DNA from: a virus
Virus record (IMG/VR): IMGVR_UViG_3300021387_000032
Location: 2,463 to 66,462 of that record
DNA length: 64,000 bases
Direction: 5' to 3' (one strand)
Shown: in pieces, positions 59,097-64,000 of the stretch
Layout of the letters: every line of letters begins with the position of its first letter
Numbering within the stretch: position 1 is the first letter of the stretch
Made by a program: the position numbers and the translations under genes
Notes under the pieces: model-generated
Told to the model about the DNA's origin: nothing
Seen by the model: the letters and a program-made list of their open reading frames with translations, nothing else
The model's database searches: none

Positions 59097-59432
59097 TCAA
59101 AAGACGTATTTTTTCCATAACAGAACTTGCAATTTTTGCGAATTTTTCCACGTTCTCATGGTGAGTTCACAAGGATAATCCTCATAACCCAAAATATCTG
59201 GAGTTATTATGCCTTCTATCACACCTTGTATCAATTCTGCTTCGTAGCGCATGTACGGAATAATATAATCAGGAAGTTCCCGGTGTAATTTGTTACAGTT
59301 TTTGCACTGCCATCTTTGTACCAGAATCTCTCTTGTTTCCCGATTCTTAGTCCTGACTAATCGTTTTACCTTGTCATACTTTCTTAAATATCCACCGCAG
59401 ACTGGGCATTGTTTTTCTCCTTCTCTAATCAT
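59097..59432 (-). CDS. DUF6431-like Zn-ribbon protein
   Basis: CPVC...RWQCKNC..LHRELPD..PY.RY. Confidence 0.7.
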   Translation of the reverse strand: MIREGEKQCPVCGGYLRKYDKVKRLVRTKNRETREILVQRWQCKNCNKLHRELPDYIIPYMRYEAELIQGVIEGIITPDILGYEDYPCELTMRTWKNSQKLQVLLWKKYVF

Positions 59433-59488
59433 ACAATCACCCACTTTTATGGTATCATAATTTCGAGGTGTTGGAAGGAGTAAATATA

Positions 59489-60616
59489 ATGGCAAAAAGA
59501 AAACCTAACAAAAGGAGGAGACTACCTAATGGTTTTGGACAAATCAGCGAACTTAAAGGAAAGAATCTCAGGAAACCGTTTCGTGCAATGGTCACCGTTG
59601 GTAAGAATGACAAAGGACGACCTATTTGCAAACTGTTAAAGCCGGAAGCGTATTTCGAAACTTACAACGGGGCTTATGCTGCTTTGCTCGAATATAACAA
59701 AAACCCGTATGAGAAGATGATCGAGATGACCATGACCGAGCTATATGAGAAATGGTCTGACTGGTACTTTGACAAGATTACTGAATCGTCTAAGAAGAAT
59801 ATCATTACAGCCTGGAAGTACTGTCATCCGCTGCATAATATGAAAGTCACAGAGATCCGTCCGATGCATATACGAGACTGTATTGAGAATGCTTACAGGG
59901 ATATCGATGGCGAGAAACAATACGCATCAGCAAATGTTAAAAGCCGTATGAAAAGCTTGTGTAATATGTTATTCGATTACGCTGTTGAGTATGATGTGGT
60001 TGAGCATAACATAGCTCGTGAGATGAAGCTTTCGACATACACAAGACCAGAAGCTAAGGATCACCATATGCCGTTTACTGACAGTGAGATGAAAATACTT
60101 TGGGAACACACAAATATCCCTTTTGTCAAGATCATCCTTATACACTGCTATTCAGGATGGAGACCGCTTGAGATGTGCAGTTTGAAAGTAGTCGACACAA
60201 ATATAACCGAGTGGACTTTTAAAGGTGGCGTAAAGACAGAATCAGGCAAAAACAGAACAGTACCGATACATACGAAAGTAAGACCTTTTGTGGAAGAGTT
60301 CTATAACCTCGCAATAAGTCTTGGGAGCGAATATCTTTTTAATGTAATCCGGGAGCATTCTTTCGAGTATGATGATCTCTCGTCCTATTCCTCGTATCGG
60401 TATTATTTTAAAAAAGTAGTGGCCGAGTTAAATATCAACCCCGACCACAAACCGCATGATTGCCGTAAACATTTTGTCACGATGGCTAAAAAGAATAAAG
60501 TTGATGAGTATGCGATCAAATATCTTGTTGGACATAAGATAAACGATTTGACCGAAAGAGTATACACATCACGAGATTTCGATTGGCTTAGAACCGAACT
60601 GGAAAAACTAAAATAG
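59489..60616 (+). CDS. int: Tyrosine integrase
   Basis: SGWR, KT..G..R.VP, HDCR, LVGH, VY catalytic residues; N-terminal LPNGFG arm-binding region. Confidence 0.93.
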   Translation: MAKRKPNKRRRLPNGFGQISELKGKNLRKPFRAMVTVGKNDKGRPICKLLKPEAYFETYNGAYAALLEYNKNPYEKMIEMTMTELYEKWSDWYFDKITESSKKNIITAWKYCHPLHNMKVTEIRPMHIRDCIENAYRDIDGEKQYASANVKSRMKSLCNMLFDYAVEYDVVEHNIAREMKLSTYTRPEAKDHHMPFTDSEMKILWEHTNIPFVKIILIHCYSGWRPLEMCSLKVVDTNITEWTFKGGVKTESGKNRTVPIHTKVRPFVEEFYNLAISLGSEYLFNVIREHSFEYDDLSSYSSYRYYFKKVVAELNINPDHKPHDCRKHFVTMAKKNKVDEYAIKYLVGHKINDLTERVYTSRDFDWLRTELEKLK

Positions 60617-60847
60617 ATTGTAGGACTTGTAGGAATAGCTGATATGTATGGTGTAGGCTTGATGTAGGAATAATGTATGAATATCCCAGGTTTGACTACT
60701 TTTAAGTACTTCTTAGAACCGCCCAGTTCTTTGTAGTTTCTACACCGTGTTATAAGTCTCTCAGGATTTCATCGTCTTCTTCAGAAGATAAAACCCACGA
60801 AATATCATTCCTACACCGGTCTAAATGTAGGAATAATGTAGGAATAG
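60617..60847. other. Putative attP with arm-type integrase sites
   Basis: TGTAGGAATA at 60628, 60663, 60826 and 60837; inverted 9-nt copy at 60807-60815; variants at 60619, 60652 and 60674. Confidence 0.7.
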
Positions 60848-60854
60848 ACCGCTA

Positions 60855-61358
60855 TTAACCCCACAGGACCACTTTTCTGGACGATAAAGACGCTGGAATA
60901 TCTATAAGTCTTTGGTTGGACGATCCCCGGAATTTAAGCATGAGACTCTTTAGCTCAAGCACAAATTCACCATCAACCAGCACATCCAGATTAGACAACA
61001 GTTCTACCCGGTCCGTATCAGCTTTAAGCAGCTCCTCATACAAATATCCAGTGTAACACCAAATCGACTTTTCAGGAAATCTCTGCCGGGATTTTTTCAC
61101 AAATCGATTTAATACTTTACTGTTCTCAGGCTCGAATGGATCACCGCCGAGAAGTGTCAGACCTTCAATGTATGGATTAGCTAATTGAGAGAATATCATG
61201 TCTTCTACGCTCTCGTCAAATAGTTTACCATAATTAAAGTCCCACGTCTCGGGATTAAAACATTCTTTGCAATGATGTCTGCATCCGCTTACAAAGAGTG
61301 ACACTCTGACCCCAGGTCCGTTCGCAATATCATAATTTTTTATCTCAGCATAATTCAC
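60855..61358 (-). CDS. nrdG: Anaerobic ribonucleotide reductase activating enzyme (radical SAM)
   Basis: NGPGVRVSLFVSGCRHHCKECFN, LLGGDP, DVLVDG, FRGSSNQR. Confidence 0.92.
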   Translation of the reverse strand: MNYAEIKNYDIANGPGVRVSLFVSGCRHHCKECFNPETWDFNYGKLFDESVEDMIFSQLANPYIEGLTLLGGDPFEPENSKVLNRFVKKSRQRFPEKSIWCYTGYLYEELLKADTDRVELLSNLDVLVDGEFVLELKSLMLKFRGSSNQRLIDIPASLSSRKVVLWG

Positions 61359-61480
61359 AATTAACACCTCACAAAATATCGAGACCGCCCCTTAAAGAGA
61401 GGTCAGACTTAGGAGCGGTCTCAAAAGAGTTAGAAAGGAAAAATAATGAATATAACTTGTGAGCTATTTATTAAGGCCCT

Positions 61481-62869
61481 TTATTTCTTGCTTAAAATAT
61501 CATAAAGTCTCTTAGCGACCCTTGCTACATCTGTGCGAGTCGCCGGTCTCTCATAAGCGCCGTCTTTCATGATGCCGTTTTCATAAGCCCAATCAAGAGC
61601 AGGAGTCGCATCTTTAGCAGGTTTCTTAAGGCCCTCTTCGTAATACCAGTCTTTGATAATCTGGAGTACTTCTTCTTTAGTCATATCATCCTCCTCGGCA
61701 GCATCTCCTTTTGGCACCTCGACTAACCAGTAGTATTTCGCCTGATACTGCATTTTTGCCACAGGTGCTTTTCTGCGACTTGCCTTTGTGCTGTTTGGAT
61801 CAAATATCAGTGCATCATCCCCGTCAAGCCCGTACCAAAGGATAAAGTGACCAGAGCTTGTCCAATCGCCTTTTCCCATACAAACGACAACCCAATGACC
61901 AAGTCTAACGGCGTTAAATGCTGTGGCGTTTACGGAGTTTGCAAGATTTGCTCCGTGGTATACCGTTGAGCTGTTAAGCTGGTTGCATTTAATACCGTAT
62001 TTAGCAAACTGAGGAACGAAGTATGAGTAGTAAGTTCCCTGATGGTATGCTTTATAGCCGTTATCAAGAGCCCATTTTGAAGTAGTCGCAGGAGTAACAC
62101 TTGAGTCGGCGATACCCGCAATAACCATAGCAGCACAGGTTGGTCCACATCCGGCAGTACCTATTGTAGATGTCTCATCCTTAATACCGTATCTGATAGA
62201 CTTCCATCTGGAATCGGTTTGCAAATAATCAACCGGTGTGATGGCTTTTTTCGAAATGTTCTGTTTACTTGTGAATTCCGAATACCAGTATGAGAAGTCA
62301 ACTTTGGTATTAATTCCTGCAATAGTTCCTGACGAAGTGTACTGCCACGCATTAATTGTCATTGGATAGACCGGCTTTGAAGCTGAGTACTTGGCGCACC
62401 AGATGAAGTACGGAAGAGATGATGCATCAAGATTTGACTTAAACCAGCTTTCTGACGCATATACTCCAGGCACAAGTCCAGCTTCTTTGATCCTTTCGCA
62501 AAAGGCTCTTACGGCACTTGTACGGACGGTCTTACTCAGAGAATCGCTTCTACCAGATCGGCTGATGTTTGAATATTCTGAGTCAATAATAATAGGAAGG
62601 CTTAGAGAATAGCTTGAAATGTTTTTCAGAACAAATTCAGCTTCTTCTCTGCCTTCTTTATCGTTAATAGCGGTGGAGAACCAATATACACCGAATGGAA
62701 TATCATGAGTAACACAGCCTCTTATGTTTGCGAGAAACTGCTTGTCCATTTCAAGTGTTCCCTGACCATATCCACGATACCCGAGACGGATCATCACTCC
62801 ATCGATCTTAACTTTGCTCCAGTCAATACTTCCGTTATGGCTTGATACATCGATTACCGATTTTGCCAT
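61481..62869 (-). CDS. Endolysin: GH25 muramidase plus C39-like Cys peptidase
   Basis: IDVSSHNG, IIDSE, WQYTS; YLQTD.RW...GCGPT...GHF...DPN. Confidence 0.85.
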   Translation of the reverse strand: MAKSVIDVSSHNGSIDWSKVKIDGVMIRLGYRGYGQGTLEMDKQFLANIRGCVTHDIPFGVYWFSTAINDKEGREEAEFVLKNISSYSLSLPIIIDSEYSNISRSGRSDSLSKTVRTSAVRAFCERIKEAGLVPGVYASESWFKSNLDASSLPYFIWCAKYSASKPVYPMTINAWQYTSSGTIAGINTKVDFSYWYSEFTSKQNISKKAITPVDYLQTDSRWKSIRYGIKDETSTIGTAGCGPTCAAMVIAGIADSSVTPATTSKWALDNGYKAYHQGTYYSYFVPQFAKYGIKCNQLNSSTVYHGANLANSVNATAFNAVRLGHWVVVCMGKGDWTSSGHFILWYGLDGDDALIFDPNSTKASRRKAPVAKMQYQAKYYWLVEVPKGDAAEEDDMTKEEVLQIIKDWYYEEGLKKPAKDATPALDWAYENGIMKDGAYERPATRTDVARVAKRLYDILSKK

Positions 62870-62870
62870 A

Positions 62871-63065
62871 CTACTCACCTGCTTCCGGCAGACCACCGCC
62901 AATAGAAGTCAGCAGTGATAATATTCCAGCGCCAAGAGATGTACCGATCACAGTGACCCAGTCTACTTCTGTTATCATGACCGTTGTGGGGATCATTGCT
63001 ACAGCAGTCTGGCAGATAGTTTTTAATGCTCTGATACCGGCTGCTTTCCAAAACGCTTTGTTCAT
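62871..63065 (-). CDS. Holin (r1t type)
   Basis: WKAAGIRALKT..QT...SLLTSI.GLPE. Confidence 0.85.
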   Translation of the reverse strand: MNKAFWKAAGIRALKTICQTAVAMIPTTVMITEVDWVTVIGTSLGAGILSLLTSIGGGLPEAGE

Positions 63066-63388
63066 TCCTGCCGTACCTCCAATTTTTCAACTTCTGACAT
63101 GGTCGTTTGAAGATGCCCGTTTCCGCCTAATCGTTTATAAGCATGAAACATTTCTTTTATTGTATCTTTATCTTCAAGTGAAATATAACCCTGGCGAATA
63201 TACTCTTTGCCAAGTTGTTTCACCCTATCAATCATCATTACTTTGAGGGCTTCAGTCTGGGCATTCATTGCCTCTGACGATTTATCTTCTTTCTGCCATT
63301 TACGTTGAAGAACGGCATGAAATATCATCATAATTCCAGAACCGATACCCGCCCCCAAAAGCCCGATAATAAGATTTACCACTTCCAT
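63062..63388 (-). CDS. Lysis-cassette membrane protein (holin-like)
   Basis: N-terminal TM; Y..LGGNG motif. Confidence 0.65.
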   Translation of the reverse strand: MEVVNLIIGLLGAGIGSGIMMIFHAVLQRKWQKEDKSSEAMNAQTEALKVMMIDRVKQLGKEYIRQGYISLEDKDTIKEMFHAYKRLGGNGHLQTTMSEVEKLEVRQE

Positions 63389-63401
63389 TAAATATCAGTC
63401 C

Positions 63402-63944
63402 TTAAGCTTCATTCATCCATCTTGTGATCATTTTACGTTCTTCTTCTGTCTCAGCAGCGTCGAGCATCTTTTCAAGATGGTTCATTACTCTCGTTCTGGA
63501 ATAATCGGTTCCGTCAGAATGACTCATATATGATCCATTTCGATTCATATTGTTCATTCCATTCGGATTATAGTTAGAGCCATTATCGGAATGTCTTATG
63601 TTTCCTCTGTAATTTCCTGAATATCCGGTACGGTTGTGCATGATCATACCGTCCGTATAACTCGGATCATAGTAAGGCATTCTTGTGCGATCATAATAGC
63701 TTGGCATATTTCTGCCGTGCATCATTTCTTCGTCTTCGTAGTAAGACGCCTCATCCATAGCGCATGTAGTAATAACGTCTTTAATAGCATCAAACATCTC
63801 ACCCATGGCTTTGAGTTCTTCGATACTAATATCATTTTTCGCTCTTACATCGCGAATAGTCTGTTCGAGCTGATCGAACATGAGTCGCTTACCGTCGTCA
63901 AGGATATGCTTTTCTCTTTCGTCAAATTTTCCCATGCTGATCAC
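63402..63944 (-). CDS. Hypothetical protein (acidic, M/N/Y-rich)
   Basis: RBS GAGGAGGTG. Confidence 0.65.
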   Translation of the reverse strand: MISMGKFDEREKHILDDGKRLMFDQLEQTIRDVRAKNDISIEELKAMGEMFDAIKDVITTCAMDEASYYEDEEMMHGRNMPSYYDRTRMPYYDPSYTDGMIMHNRTGYSGNYRGNIRHSDNGSNYNPNGMNNMNRNGSYMSHSDGTDYSRTRVMNHLEKMLDAAETEEERKMITRWMNEA

Positions 63945-64000
63945 CTCCTCAACGTGTTGGGGTTATTTTAACACGAAGATTACGTACGTTAATTGGTTCG

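Larger units (their letters stand above)
45910..59141 (-). repeat. Dispersed array of 18 promoter-gene-hairpin cassettes
   Basis: The 26-bp motif (plus strand CATAAwAG-N3-yTGTAwwwTTGCGA) starts at 46352, 47516, 47839, 48196, 49442, 49761, 53812, 54199, 54775, 55141, 55484, 56454, 57010, 57384, 58214, 58569, 58789 and 59116. Each ORF cassette is paired with a downstream hairpin plus U tract. Confidence 0.9.

Noticed and set aside
45910-59141. Repeats as a CRISPR array
   Set aside because: The repeats are degenerate and irregularly spaced, and they enclose RBS-led genes. No cas operon is present. The Cas4-like gene is a common phage exonuclease.
60617-64000. Prophage-host junction after the integrase
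   Set aside because: Lysin, holin and phage-type genes continue to the window end, and arm repeats flank both sides of the putative core.

Overview
The whole window is a temperate tailed (siphovirus-type) phage genome, probably of a Firmicutes/Clostridia gut or rumen host. Gene content resembles the Oengus/'Heliusviridae'-like group (my recognition, not a database result). Nearly all genes are on the minus strand and no host genes are visible. The integrase (+ strand) is followed by an apparently intact attP, so this is probably the free or circularly permuted phage, not a prophage junction. Layout: two tailspikes, a Tad2-like gene and tail genes (1-17.5 kb); protease-scaffold-capsid, portal, two basic 'HHG' proteins, terminase and HNH (17.5-25.7 kb); a structured non-coding region and likely packaging site (25.7-26.8 kb); a 922-aa two-barrel RNA polymerase; nucleotide metabolism; an iteron-like origin (33.6-33.9 kb); helicase, SSB and a 1371-aa helicase-primase-PolB fusion; an accessory region (44-59 kb); integrase/attP, nrdG and lysis genes. 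The most striking structure is a set of 18 co-oriented cassettes at 45.9-59.1 kb. Each runs conserved 26-bp non-sigma70 motif, then a small ORF, then (for the 17 ORF cassettes) a G-U-containing hairpin with a U tract. One cassette carries an anticodon-less tRNA mimic instead of an ORF. A 19th copy of the motif precedes the RNAP operon. The RNAP and the two basic proteins share a hydrophobic-X-His leader motif that occurs 8 times in the capsid scaffold, suggesting a virion-packaged RNAP. All counts were made by eye and are minimums. Functional roles are inferences.
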